Below the pieces are notes generated by a model, which did not search any database, had not been told where the DNA came from, and worked only from the letters and a program-made list of their open reading frames with translations. From the NCBI GenBank assembly GCA_964481155.1, contig CAYZSX010000001.1, positions 1 through 44,834 of the forward strand: a stretch of DNA of 44,834 nt, written 5' to 3'. Source of the stretch: an uncultured Candidatus Saccharibacteria bacterium. GTDB taxonomy: Bacteria; Patescibacteriota; Minisyncoccia; Phycocordibacterales; UBA9973. Within the stretch, counting starts at the first letter, position 1; the number at the start of each line of letters is the position of its first letter. The translations under genes and the position numbers were made by a program. This document shows positions 1 through 8,347 of this stretch, piece by piece.

Positions 1-36
1 CGTCCGCTTTATTTATTTTGAAAATAGGTTCTAACT

Positions 37-45
37 TGGTACAAT
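37..45 (+). promoter_or_regulatory. extended -10 TGGTACAAT with no start codon downstream
   Basis: This nonamer is identical to the rpoA and dnaB promoters. No ATG, GTG or TTG lies 6-10 nt downstream, so it could drive a non-coding transcript across 52-270. Confidence 0.35.
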
Positions 46-52
46 AGAGACA

Positions 53-86
53 CCAAAATAAAAAGCGATCCAAAATGATGGACCGC
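53..86 (-). terminator. intrinsic terminator (minus strand)
   Basis: The minus strand reads GCGGUCC-AUCAUUUU-GGAUCGC followed by UUUUUAUUUU. The stem includes one G.U pair, which would be an A.C mismatch on the plus strand. Confidence 0.55.
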
Positions 87-119
87 CTTTGTTTCCTGTA
101 AAAACCAATTTTTTTAAAT

Positions 120-218
120 AAGGTGCCGCTACTGTACCCCTTTTCTTTCTCTGTAGGTCTCAAATTAGGCAATTTGTTAGCTTGTATAATTAGAAACCTA
201 TCAAGTAGCGGACACCTT
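120..218. ncRNA. candidate structured RNA element (nested helices), strand unresolved
   Basis: Positions 120-133 (AAGGTGCCGCTACT) pair with 204-218 (AGTAGCGGaCACCTT): 14 bp with one bulge. Nested inside, 154-161 pairs with 193-200 (8 bp, a C.A mismatch on the plus strand that becomes G.U on the minus strand), and 162-166 pairs with 171-175. Confidence 0.3.
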
Positions 219-279
219 ACTCTAACCCGTTAAATTCTAATCCCATAATAGCACTGTATGTATTTTTTGTCAACTAGTG

Positions 280-366
280 CGGAAACGGAGAGATTCGAAC
301 TCTCGATACAGTTGCCCATATGCCGCATTTCGAGTGCGGTGCCTTCAACCACTCAGCCACGTTTCC
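280..366 (-). tRNA. tRNA-Ser (anticodon CGA), long variable arm; 3' CCA not encoded
   Basis: The reverse complement reads GGAAACG TG GCT..GGC A CCGCA-CTCGAAA-TGCGG, a long variable arm, GAGAG-TTCGAAT-CTCTC, CGTTTCC, G. It has a 7-bp acceptor stem, a canonical T-loop and anticodon CGA. The next bases are CAC, not CCA. Confidence 0.85.
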
Positions 367-375
367 AGTAAGAAC

Positions 376-1311
376 TTATTTACCAGTCTTGAGCCAGATG
401 TACAAGTCTTCGATTGCTTTGACTGCATCACCAGCTGCAATGTTGTTTTGGTGGTAGAGTCCGGTTGTGCAGTCGCCAGCAGCCCATATACCAGCGAGTT
501 TGGTGCGCTGGTTCATTGGGTCAACAAAAACTTTGCCTGATTGATCGAGTGGCACGACATCGTGGACAAAATCAGTGTTGGGTATCTGACCGATCTCGAC
601 AAAAATCGCGTTTACTGGAAGCTCGACTGTCTCAGCAGAGTCTTTTGGTTTGTACACCACCGCAGAAACAAATTGATCACCTTTTATCTCGACTATATCA
701 GTGTTGGTTAGAAGTGTGACGTTGGAGAGTGCTTGAGCTTTTGCTACTGTGATCGGATCGGCACGATATGACTCACTACGGTGGATGAGAGTCACGTGTG
801 ATGCATACTGCGCGAGTTGGAGCACGGCTTCGAGCGCTGCGTTGCCGCCACCCGCAACCGCAACAGGCATACCTGAAAACAGTGGGCCGTCACAGGTCGC
901 GCAGTACATGATGCCTTTGTGGTCAAACTCTGCCGCACCAGGAACCTCGAGCTTGCGATGGCGAGATCCAGTTGCGATGAGTATCGCACGCGTCTCATGC
1001 GAAGCTCCATCATCAGTGGTGACGGTAAACAGATCACCTTGCTTGCTGACAGCGGTGACTCGGTGACCTAGATCAAGTGTCAGTGTATGGGGTGCGACTG
1101 TGTACTCCTCAACGTGTTTTTTGAGACTAAGAGCAAGATCGGTGCCACTAATCGCGGGAGTACCGATCCAGTTGTAGATAGTCTCTGAGACAGAAGATTG
1201 ACCGCCAATCTCTTGCGCTATCATGAGCGTCTGGAGTTGTTTGCGTGCAGCGTACACGGCAGCAGCAGCCCCCGCAGGACCGCCACCGATGATGATGAGT
1301 TCATATACCAT
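376..1311 (-). CDS. trxB: thioredoxin-disulfide reductase
   Basis: FAD fold IIIGGGPAGAAAAVYAARK, redox-active CATCDG, and a second dinucleotide fold VAGGGNAALEA. The start is placed at ATG 1311, which lies 8 nt after -10 TATACT (1325-1320). The ORF track start at 1317 is only 2 nt from that hexamer. Confidence 0.9.
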   Translation of the reverse strand: MVYELIIIGGGPAGAAAAVYAARKQLQTLMIAQEIGGQSSVSETIYNWIGTPAISGTDLALSLKKHVEEYTVAPHTLTLDLGHRVTAVSKQGDLFTVTTDDGASHETRAILIATGSRHRKLEVPGAAEFDHKGIMYCATCDGPLFSGMPVAVAGGGNAALEAVLQLAQYASHVTLIHRSESYRADPITVAKAQALSNVTLLTNTDIVEIKGDQFVSAVVYKPKDSAETVELPVNAIFVEIGQIPNTDFVHDVVPLDQSGKVFVDPMNQRTKLAGIWAAGDCTTGLYHQNNIAAGDAVKAIEDLYIWLKTGK

Positions 1312-1319
1312 AGGCATGT

Positions 1320-1325
1320 AGTATA
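1320..1325 (-). promoter_or_regulatory. -10 TATACT for trxB
   Basis: Lies 8 nt upstream of ATG 1311. Confidence 0.4.
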
Positions 1326-1328
1326 CAC

Positions 1329-2513
1329 CTATTTTTTGTTTCGTCTTAGAAATGCGGGAATCGCACCAAAGTTGTCGAGATCGTCTTCGACAGAGTCTGA
1401 TAGGTCTGGTTCACTTGTCTTTACTTCAGGCTTTTGAACGAGAGGGCGTTCTTCGGATGGTTGTGATGAGGGAGCTGGGCGCTCGGGGAGTGATGATTCT
1501 TGTCGGTTGAACAGTTCACGTCCTCCGGTACCAAAGAGAGTGCCTTTTTTGCCGTTTTCACTTGGAAATCCTGTTGCGATAACTGTTATCTTGAGTTCAC
1601 CCTTTTTCATACGATCGTCGATGATCGTACCGATGATGACCCGAGCGTCTTTGTCGATTGATTCGGTGATGACTTTTGCAGCGTCTTGGAACTCTGCCAT
1701 GGTGAGGTCGTCATTTGATGAGAGCGCAAAGAGGACTCCTTTTGCACCGTTGATCGAGATGTCGAGGAGTGGACTGTTGATCGCCTGGATCGCTGCCTTT
1801 TCAGCGCGGCCATCACCTGAAGCAAATCCGACACCCATGAGTGCGGTACCTGCATCAGTGAGGACACTTTTCATGTCGGCAAAGTCGACGTTGATGATAC
1901 CAGGAGACGCGATGAGCTCTGAGATACCTTCGACTGCTTGGCGGAGGACTTCATCACATTTTGCAAATGCGTCTTTAAATGTCGTGTCTTTGCCGGCGAT
2001 TGCAAGAAGGCGATCGTTGGGGATCACGATGATCGCATCGACTTCTTTTTCGAGCTCTGCGATGCCTTGCTCAGCGATACGCATGCGCTGGTTACCTTCA
2101 AAGAAGAATGGTTTGGTCACCACTGCCACTGTGAGGATGCCTTGTTCTTTGGAAGCGCGAGCAACAACAGCAGCTCCACCAGTACCAGTACCGCCACCCA
2201 TACCACAGGCGATGAACACCATATCGGCGCCTTTGACGGCGTCTTGGATTTCAGCTTTGGTTTCTTCGGCTGCGCGGGCACCGATCTCAGGGTTCATACC
2301 TGCACCGAGTCCTTTGGTGAGGTTTTTGCCAAGGTGGATTTTTTTGTCAGCGAGCGAGTTGTGCAAATCCTGAACATCAGTGTTCATCGCGATGAACTCA
2401 ACGGATCGAACTTTGTTTTCGATCATGTGGTTCAAGGCGTTTTTGCCAGAGCCACCGATACCGATGACTTTGATACGTGCTGCTGTTTCGATGTCTGGAG
2501 TGATTTTTGCCAT
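1329..2513 (-). CDS. ftsZ: cell division protein FtsZ
   Basis: Tubulin signature GGGTGTG and the N-terminal IGIGGSGKNA motif. ATG 2543 lies 2 nt after the -10 (2554-2546), so ATG 2513 (MAKITPD) is preferred. Confidence 0.95.
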   Translation of the reverse strand: MAKITPDIETAARIKVIGIGGSGKNALNHMIENKVRSVEFIAMNTDVQDLHNSLADKKIHLGKNLTKGLGAGMNPEIGARAAEETKAEIQDAVKGADMVFIACGMGGGTGTGGAAVVARASKEQGILTVAVVTKPFFFEGNQRMRIAEQGIAELEKEVDAIIVIPNDRLLAIAGKDTTFKDAFAKCDEVLRQAVEGISELIASPGIINVDFADMKSVLTDAGTALMGVGFASGDGRAEKAAIQAINSPLLDISINGAKGVLFALSSNDDLTMAEFQDAAKVITESIDKDARVIIGTIIDDRMKKGELKITVIATGFPSENGKKGTLFGTGGRELFNRQESSLPERPAPSSQPSEERPLVQKPEVKTSEPDLSDSVEDDLDNFGAIPAFLRRNKK

Positions 2514-2545
2514 AAAAGGGTCGCCCGATAAATTGGTATGCATCT

Positions 2546-2554
2546 ATACTAGCA
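2546..2554 (-). promoter_or_regulatory. extended -10 TGCTAGTAT for ftsZ (leadered)
   Basis: Lies 2 nt from ATG 2543 and 32 nt from ATG 2513. Confidence 0.45.
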
Positions 2555-2603
2555 GAACGCCAGGGAAGCGCAATGAGTATTGACAACCCTAAAAAATATT
2601 TCT

Positions 2604-3773
2604 TTATGGCATCAATTGTTTGAAAAAGTGTTTGATGACGCCGAGAAATCCTTCACCATCATGTCCATGTCTACGCGCTGAAGGTGCTGTCGTGCGATCG
2701 ATGATACCTGTCGCAGCTCCATACGCAACGAGAAGTCGTTGATCTTTGGATGTTTTGATTCCTGATGCAGGAAACTCGAGAAATCCTATCTTAACAGGAA
2801 TCTTGAGCATGTTTTTGGCAACTGTTTCTATCATTGGTGATTGTGCTGCACCACCGGTGATGATTGCGCCAGCTGGGAGTAGTCCACTGCGACCAATCTT
2901 TTTGAAATATTTATCAACAAGTTCAAATATATCTGAGAGGCGCGCCTCGATGATCTCGTCGAGTTTTTTCTTGGAGACATTGGTAAATCCAACAACGCCA
3001 ATTTTTATACTTTCTGCTTCTTCGGGGCTGATACGGAGTCCGAGTGCGATGTCTTTGGTGATGTCGAGTGATCCTATACCAAAGACATAGACAGAAGTGA
3101 CAGTACCGTTTTCAAATACAGCGACTGAGGTAGTCTCTGCACCGATATCAATGATTGCGCATCCAAAGTTGCGCTGGAGATCTGAGAGGAGTACTTGTTC
3201 GGTAGCAAGTGGTGCTACAGTGAAGCTCGTCACTTTGACTCCTGCTTGGCCGACGACACTGATGAGGTCATCGAGGTGTTGTTGGAGGCAGGTGACAAAC
3301 AGTACCACGGTTTCAAGTTTAAATCCTTGGATACCTTCTGGACGTGTGGGGAGCTCGGTACCATCGACACGAAATCCAACAGGAAATGCGTGAAGTATCA
3401 CTTTGTTTTTGAGTTCAACTTTTGATTCTGCGTCAGCGATTGCTTTGTCGATGTCGAGTTTGCTGATGATCGAATCAGCGCGAGTGACCATCGCAGTACC
3501 GGTGGCATATTCGCAGCCGATGCCGACGCCTCCGATAGCGAGACTTGCATGCTTGATACGTTTTGCTGATTCGTGTTCAGCTGCAGCGATTGCTCGGGAA
3601 AGTGATTCTGCAGCCTCTTTTTGGTTGACGACATACCCATGGCGCATACCTTTGCTCTGGGTGATCCCAGTACCGATGATACGAGGTAGTGATCCTGAGT
3701 GCTCTTGCTCACAGACGACTACGCGAGTCAGTGAGGTACCGATATCAATGCCGACGAGTGGTGCGTGCTTCAT
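2604..3773 (-). CDS. ftsA: cell division protein FtsA (actin fold)
   Basis: Phosphate-1 motif GIDIGTS and phosphate-2 motif IIDIGAETTSVAVF. It lies immediately upstream of ftsZ on the same strand. Confidence 0.9.
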   Translation of the reverse strand: MKHAPLVGIDIGTSLTRVVVCEQEHSGSLPRIIGTGITQSKGMRHGYVVNQKEAAESLSRAIAAAEHESAKRIKHASLAIGGVGIGCEYATGTAMVTRADSIISKLDIDKAIADAESKVELKNKVILHAFPVGFRVDGTELPTRPEGIQGFKLETVVLFVTCLQQHLDDLISVVGQAGVKVTSFTVAPLATEQVLLSDLQRNFGCAIIDIGAETTSVAVFENGTVTSVYVFGIGSLDITKDIALGLRISPEEAESIKIGVVGFTNVSKKKLDEIIEARLSDIFELVDKYFKKIGRSGLLPAGAIITGGAAQSPMIETVAKNMLKIPVKIGFLEFPASGIKTSKDQRLLVAYGAATGIIDRTTAPSARRHGHDGEGFLGVIKHFFKQLMP

Positions 3774-4170
3774 GAGGTGTGGATGGTGTAGTGAAAAATG
3801 CAGTGAGCTTTTTTTCTATACGTTCCATTGTACTCCCATGAGTCATTCCTTTCAAATGAAGCATGCTGTGGATGCAGATAAACGTGACATACGTATCGTA
3901 GTCCATATCAAATGATTTGTACTGCGCACGAAGTGCGCTCTTACACAAAAAGATTTCACCCGATGTTTTGGAAAGAGAAAAGGAGAGCGTGTTGGGTATG
4001 TAGTCTTTGCCGCGATGCTTGATGTTGAGCGCCTGAGCTTGGCCTGGAGACACAAACGCAATCGAGAGCTCGTATCGTTTGCCGAGAATCTTTTCCTTTA
4101 TAGCCAAAAATGGCACCTTGGGGAGTGTGCCATTTGAAGAGATAGAGAGATTGTGGAGTTCGAGAGTCAT
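3745..4170 (-). CDS. ybeY: rRNA maturation endoribonuclease YbeY
   Basis: Zinc motif H-x3-H-x5-H (IHSMLHLKGMTHG) in a 141-aa protein. The 3' end overlaps the ftsA start by 29 nt. Confidence 0.75.
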   Translation of the reverse strand: MTLELHNLSISSNGTLPKVPFLAIKEKILGKRYELSIAFVSPGQAQALNIKHRGKDYIPNTLSFSLSKTSGEIFLCKSALRAQYKSFDMDYDTYVTFICIHSMLHLKGMTHGSTMERIEKKLTAFFTTPSTPHEARTTRRH

Positions 4171-4175
4171 GTGGC

Positions 4176-4400
4176 TTACATCTTGCCGAGTTTTTTGAGA
4201 CGCTCTACTTCTTTGCGTCGAGCGAGGCTTTTGAGACGCATGTTTTTGAGCGCGAGTTTTGAGGTGTCGCGTGATGCGTAGCGGTTACCCTTTACCTTGG
4301 GGATGATACCTGATTCTTGCATCTTGCGTGAAAAACGACGGATGAGAGAGAGGCCGTTTTCGTGGGGGTTTTTCTTGAGTTCGATATTGGTCATTGCCAT
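4176..4400 (-). CDS. rpsU: 30S ribosomal protein S21
   Basis: Small basic protein with S21-like segments LIRRFSRKMQESGI and RYASRDTSK. ATG 4400 lies 7 nt after the extended -10 TGGTACGAT (4416-4408). The ORF track start is 4409. Confidence 0.8.
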   Translation of the reverse strand: MAMTNIELKKNPHENGLSLIRRFSRKMQESGIIPKVKGNRYASRDTSKLALKNMRLKSLARRKEVERLKKLGKM

Positions 4401-4407
4401 GGGCGAC

Positions 4408-4416
4408 ATCGTACCA
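4408..4416 (-). promoter_or_regulatory. extended -10 TGGTACGAT for rpsU-ybeY-ftsA
   Basis: Lies 7 nt upstream of ATG 4400. Confidence 0.5.
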
Positions 4417-4439
4417 TGAAGCTAGTTGTTGAGCAAGAG

Positions 4440-6311
4440 TTAGAGGCGCTCAGGATTTTGCTCTATCTTGTACGGGAACCGAAGTGTCTCGAGAAACGCT
4501 GTCAGGTCAGGGCCTTCTTCTTCTACATAGGTCTGATTTGTCTTGAGCACCCACACCATGAGGACTTTCATGCTCCCGGGGCTGATCCTTCTCGGAGGAA
4601 GTGCTGATAGTTCTCCATCGACAAAGTGTGATTCGAGAGATTCTTTTACTTTTTGACGGTATCCTTCGGGAACCGTCATCGATATCTTGAGTAGTACGCC
4701 ATATGGTGGGTACCCAACATCTTTGCGGAGCGCGAGCTCGTCAGTGATGATCGCGTTTATCTTTTGTGTTTCGAGCTGTTTGATACAAGGAAACGATGGA
4801 GATCGCGTGCAGACGATCACACCTTCACTTGATTGTTCGTTGCATTCCATCACAAGCCGAAGTGCATGTTCGATCGTATAAAGTGATGGTGTCGAGAGTA
4901 TCCGATCAAAAAATGGCACTATCGTATAGTGGATGTTGCGCAGATAAGGAAGAACTTTGGTTGTGCCTACAACAACCGCAAATTTTTTGTGAGCGATTTC
5001 TGTGAGCATCTTTTCGATAGCAGCTGCGTCGGGCGTAGCATCATCATCGACGGTATATACCGCGTCAGAACCAACGAGTGAAGCGATTTCTTGGGAGACG
5101 CTCTCAGTCCCGATTGCAACTGGAGTGATGTTCCACGAACCGCAGTAGCTACAGACATGAGTTGCGGGGAGTTCGTCACCACAATGTGTACAGATAAAGT
5201 ACCGCTCTTGAAGGTCTGAGCGAGTCCGGGTGCGTAGCACCATCGGTAGCGTACAAGTCGGACACGATACGAGTGTCCCACAGTCACTACAGCGCGATAG
5301 AGGTGCGATACCTTTGCGGTTGGTGTATACAAAAAGCTTGATCTTTTTTTTCTCAGCATGGCGTATGAGATCCATCACTTCTGCAGGCAGTACCGTTCGA
5401 TAGTGATCGATAGGCACAACATGGAGTTTGTCTGGTATGTATGCTCGTGGTAGGTGTGTGGCGCCGAGTCTCTCGAGTGTTTCAAATCGAGGTATCGTGT
5501 CACCCCAGGTCAGGTTGATATGTGCCAATTCGCAAAACTGTTTGATCACGATGCGGGTGTCGATACTGTACCTATCATGGGTTTTGTAGAGCGTACTACT
5601 TTCGTTTTCGGCAATCACATATCCGAGATCGCGTCGTGGTATCAAGAAAAACCCAGGTGTCACAAACACAATGAGCGGACGGTCACTCGTCTTTATTGTT
5701 GCAAATGCACTTCGAAGCGCCTTTTTTGTTGTTTTGCTATGGACGATGACAACGTGCTTTTGGATACCTTTGGTGAGTAGATCGCGCCATTGTTTGATCG
5801 CTTGGATAGTGGGTGCGACGAAATACACGCTTTGCTTTTCTGCAAATGCACTACGGATGAGACGTTTGTACTGATCGGCGCGCTCGGTTTTGGTGCCGAT
5901 AATGACCTCTTCTGATCCAGCATCGGATGATCGCTCTTGGGTGGTGTGCAACAGATCAGAGAGCTTTTCTCCGTGCATGTATTCGAACAAAAACTGTGGG
6001 ATAACCGATCCAGCAACTGCGCCGATCGGAGCAAAGCTTGAGAGTGCTGCGCCCTGGAGGGCGCCGATTGCCTGCTCAAAATACGGCATGTGCCCAAGTA
6101 CTTGCTTGATCTTTTTGAGAGAAAAAGCAGCTGATTTGATGAGGGTTTTTGCCTCTGCTAGTGCAGTAGATGCGCAGACGATACCGATGATGAGCTGCTT
6201 GCCAAACGGGACTGATACGAGTGTCCCAGGGCGTAGTTCGGAGGGGGTGTAGTACGTCAGAGTATCAAACGGGATCCCTCGAGCAATCGGAATAACTGTT
6301 GCCACATGCAT
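4440..6311 (-). CDS. priA: primosomal protein N' (PriA)-like, with degenerate ATPase motifs
   Basis: PriA architecture with four CxxC pairs (CSDC, CPTC, CTHC, CSYC) in the Cys-rich insert and a C-terminal GYPPY segment. The Walker A region reads IIGTKTERADQY and the DEEHD position reads AENES. Confidence 0.8.
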   Translation of the reverse strand: MHVATVIPIARGIPFDTLTYYTPSELRPGTLVSVPFGKQLIIGIVCASTALAEAKTLIKSAAFSLKKIKQVLGHMPYFEQAIGALQGAALSSFAPIGAVAGSVIPQFLFEYMHGEKLSDLLHTTQERSSDAGSEEVIIGTKTERADQYKRLIRSAFAEKQSVYFVAPTIQAIKQWRDLLTKGIQKHVVIVHSKTTKKALRSAFATIKTSDRPLIVFVTPGFFLIPRRDLGYVIAENESSTLYKTHDRYSIDTRIVIKQFCELAHINLTWGDTIPRFETLERLGATHLPRAYIPDKLHVVPIDHYRTVLPAEVMDLIRHAEKKKIKLFVYTNRKGIAPLSRCSDCGTLVSCPTCTLPMVLRTRTRSDLQERYFICTHCGDELPATHVCSYCGSWNITPVAIGTESVSQEIASLVGSDAVYTVDDDATPDAAAIEKMLTEIAHKKFAVVVGTTKVLPYLRNIHYTIVPFFDRILSTPSLYTIEHALRLVMECNEQSSEGVIVCTRSPSFPCIKQLETQKINAIITDELALRKDVGYPPYGVLLKISMTVPEGYRQKVKESLESHFVDGELSALPPRRISPGSMKVLMVWVLKTNQTYVEEEGPDLTAFLETLRFPYKIEQNPERL

Positions 6312-6338
6312 AGATGCACTATACTATCTCATACGACT

Positions 6339-7352
6339 ATGTGGAAAGCATCCAAAAAGCTCGGTATCGATCTCGGCACCACCAACACGCTTGTGTATCT
6401 GGCAGGCAAAGGTGTCGTGTTTTCTGAGCCAACAGTGGTTGCTGTTGATCGTACAACCAAAAAGATTGTTGCGATTGGTCAGGACGCCAAAGACATGATT
6501 GGCAAAACTCCTGAAACCATCGCTATCTATCGACCGATGCAAGACGGCGCAATCGCTGACTACAACATCACCTATGCGATGCTCCGATACTTCATCACCA
6601 AAGCGCTTGGTCGAAGTACACTGTTTAAACCAGATGTGCTCGTGTCAGTCCCTGCGGGGATCTCATCGACAGAGCGTCGTGCGGTCATCGAGGCGACCAT
6701 GCAAGCCGGTGCCAAAACAGCAATCATTGTCAAAGAAGCAGTCCTTGCAGCACTCGGTGCAGGAGTTGCGATCAACGACGCAAAAGGCTGCATGATTATC
6801 GATTCGGGTGGAGGGACGACTGATGTAGCTGTTATATCGCTCGGAGGTATCGTTGCATCGACGTCGGTCAAATGTGGTGGCAACAAGCTCGATCAAGCAA
6901 TCATCGACTATATCAAGCGCTCACACAACGTCATCATCGGAGATCAAACTGCCGAAGAAATCAAAAAAACACTTGCTGCAGCACTTCCGATCAATCCTGA
7001 TGTTAGTGGGGAAGTCAAAGGCCGTGATGCGATATCGGGACTCCCCGTGACTATCGCTGTCACTACCAACGAACTTGTTCGTGCGATCGAGTACGAACTC
7101 AAACTCATCATCAAAGGCATCAAAAGTGTCCTTGAGCAGACACCACCTGAGCTTGCAAGCGATATCATCGACAACGGTATCGTGATGACAGGGGGAACGA
7201 GCGGGCTTGCGCATTTCCCTGCGCTCGTAGAGCAACAGACGGGGATCACAGTGCGAGTTGCAGACGAGGCAATACTTGCAGTTGCGCATGGTACCGGGAT
7301 ACTCCTTGAGCATATCGATGAATACAAGCGTTCCATATTAGTAAAGCGATGA
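6339..7352 (+). CDS. mreB: rod shape-determining protein MreB
   Basis: [23 protein letters not shown] and VMTGGTSGL motifs. The start is taken at ATG 6339 (MWKASKKLGIDLG). Confidence 0.93.
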   Translation: MWKASKKLGIDLGTTNTLVYLAGKGVVFSEPTVVAVDRTTKKIVAIGQDAKDMIGKTPETIAIYRPMQDGAIADYNITYAMLRYFITKALGRSTLFKPDVLVSVPAGISSTERRAVIEATMQAGAKTAIIVKEAVLAALGAGVAINDAKGCMIIDSGGGTTDVAVISLGGIVASTSVKCGGNKLDQAIIDYIKRSHNVIIGDQTAEEIKKTLAAALPINPDVSGEVKGRDAISGLPVTIAVTTNELVRAIEYELKLIIKGIKSVLEQTPPELASDIIDNGIVMTGGTSGLAHFPALVEQQTGITVRVADEAILAVAHGTGILLEHIDEYKRSILVKR

Positions 7353-7951
7353 TGAATTTTAATCACTATCTCCCACAACGAATATTTTTGGTGCAGGGCA
7401 ATGAATCTGTGTATCAAAAGCTTTGCGATCAGTATGCATCACCTGCGCTTCACCAGCTTGCAGTGAATAGGTTTACTATCGATGATGCGCGAGATGTTGC
7501 AACATGGATGATCGATGGTACTGGAGAAGAGCGAATGCTTTTGATATACACCCCACTCTTTTCTCCTGATGCTGCGCAAGTACTTCTCAAATCATTTGAA
7601 GAGCCCGATCTTCTGACGACTGTTGTACTCGTCACACCGTATCCATACGCGATCCCGCTGACGATCCGTTCACGAGTGGTGCTCATCAGTAGCGATCAGT
7701 ATGCTCAGCCAGAACTCGCAATACAAAAGTCTGAGCTTCTCGAGTATGCTAAGCAAGAGTTTGGTAAAGAAAGCGACGAGGACGCATCGAGTAAACGCGC
7801 CCACGCGACAGCGTTTCTCGATCAACTCGAGCTCCTTGCTCGAAACGATCCGCAAAAAGCACGCGCGATCTATGAAGCAAAGCATATGCTCTTTGTTGCC
7901 AATATGCCGACTAAGTTTGTCGTTGACTATGCGGTTACCGCAGTGCTGTAG
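7349..7951 (+). CDS. holB: DNA polymerase III delta-prime-like clamp-loader subunit, short and without a P-loop
   Basis: LLKSFEEP matches the clamp-loader LLKTLEEP box and TIRSRV matches the SRC box. The protein is 200 aa and has no GxxGxGK motif. Its ATG overlaps the mreB TGA (ATGA). Confidence 0.6.
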   Translation: MMNFNHYLPQRIFLVQGNESVYQKLCDQYASPALHQLAVNRFTIDDARDVATWMIDGTGEERMLLIYTPLFSPDAAQVLLKSFEEPDLLTTVVLVTPYPYAIPLTIRSRVVLISSDQYAQPELAIQKSELLEYAKQEFGKESDEDASSKRAHATAFLDQLELLARNDPQKARAIYEAKHMLFVANMPTKFVVDYAVTAVL

Positions 7952-7984
7952 AGCTTGGTGTATACTGGTTCAAAACCATTTGCC

Positions 7985-8290
7985 ATGAAAAAAATACTAA
8001 GCGTACTCTTTCTTGTAGTACTCATTGCAACTACTGCAACTTATGCACAAAAAGACACAACACTGTATCTTGCGTACCGGGTCACTCTCAAACCGTTGCG
8101 TTCACAGAGTGGTTATACAAAGGTGCGCATAGAAGAAACAGTGAGCACTACTGCTCCAAATACGTTTTGGATGAAAACGAGTGATCTCCCAATGCTTCGT
8201 GCTGAGATTAAAAAGCACGCAGTGCATGTAGTCATTCGTGCGCGTAAACTGGTACAGTACTACCCAGCACCACCTGAAAAAAACAACTAA
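7985..8290 (+). CDS. small secreted hypothetical protein
   Basis: Signal-peptide-like N-terminus MKKILSVLFLVVLIATTATYAQ. A strong terminator follows the gene. Confidence 0.65.
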   Translation: MKKILSVLFLVVLIATTATYAQKDTTLYLAYRVTLKPLRSQSGYTKVRIEETVSTTAPNTFWMKTSDLPMLRAEIKKHAVHVVIRARKLVQYYPAPPEKNN

Positions 8291-8298
8291 TCACGTCA

Positions 8299-8329
8299 AA
8301 GTGGCTTCTCAAAGCCACTTTTGTTTTTT
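8299..8329 (+). terminator. intrinsic terminator after the 7985-8290 gene
   Basis: AAGTGGCTT-ctca-AAGCCACTT followed by TTGTTTTTT. Confidence 0.75.
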
Positions 8330-8330
8330 G

Positions 8331-8339
8331 TGCTACAAT
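8331..8339 (+). promoter_or_regulatory. extended -10 TGCTACAAT for frr
   Basis: Lies 8 nt upstream of ATG 8348, immediately after a terminator. Confidence 0.6.
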
Positions 8340-8347
8340 CTCTCAAT

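Noticed and set aside
181-190. TGTATAAT at 183-190 on the plus strand as a promoter inside the structured non-coding region.
   Set aside because: It would fire antisense into tRNA-Ser with no ORF or terminator downstream. The hexamer sits in an internal loop of the predicted fold and could be a chance match in AT-rich sequence. I kept it only as a caveat on strand assignment.
280-366. tRNA-Ser as an integration site for a mobile element or prophage.
   Set aside because: There is no integrase, no recombinase and no direct repeat of the tRNA 3' end anywhere in the window. The flanking genes are core housekeeping genes on both sides.
277-540. 87-aa plus-strand ORF from the track.
   Set aside because: Its first 90 nt are the antisense of a well-folding tRNA-Ser. 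The rest is antisense to the conserved 3' end of trxB. It has a GTG start, no promoter geometry and no recognisable protein features.
1507-2373. 288-aa plus-strand ORF antisense to ftsZ, and similar long antisense ORFs at 24463-25329 (in rpoA), 28995-29918 and 29922-30626 (in dnaK), 8950-9537 (in rseP) and 11365-11973.
   Set aside because: Each lies wholly inside a strongly conserved gene on the other strand. Their translations are low-complexity (S/A/P/R-rich) and lack motifs. They are the expected by-product of codon bias in roughly 50-55% GC genes.
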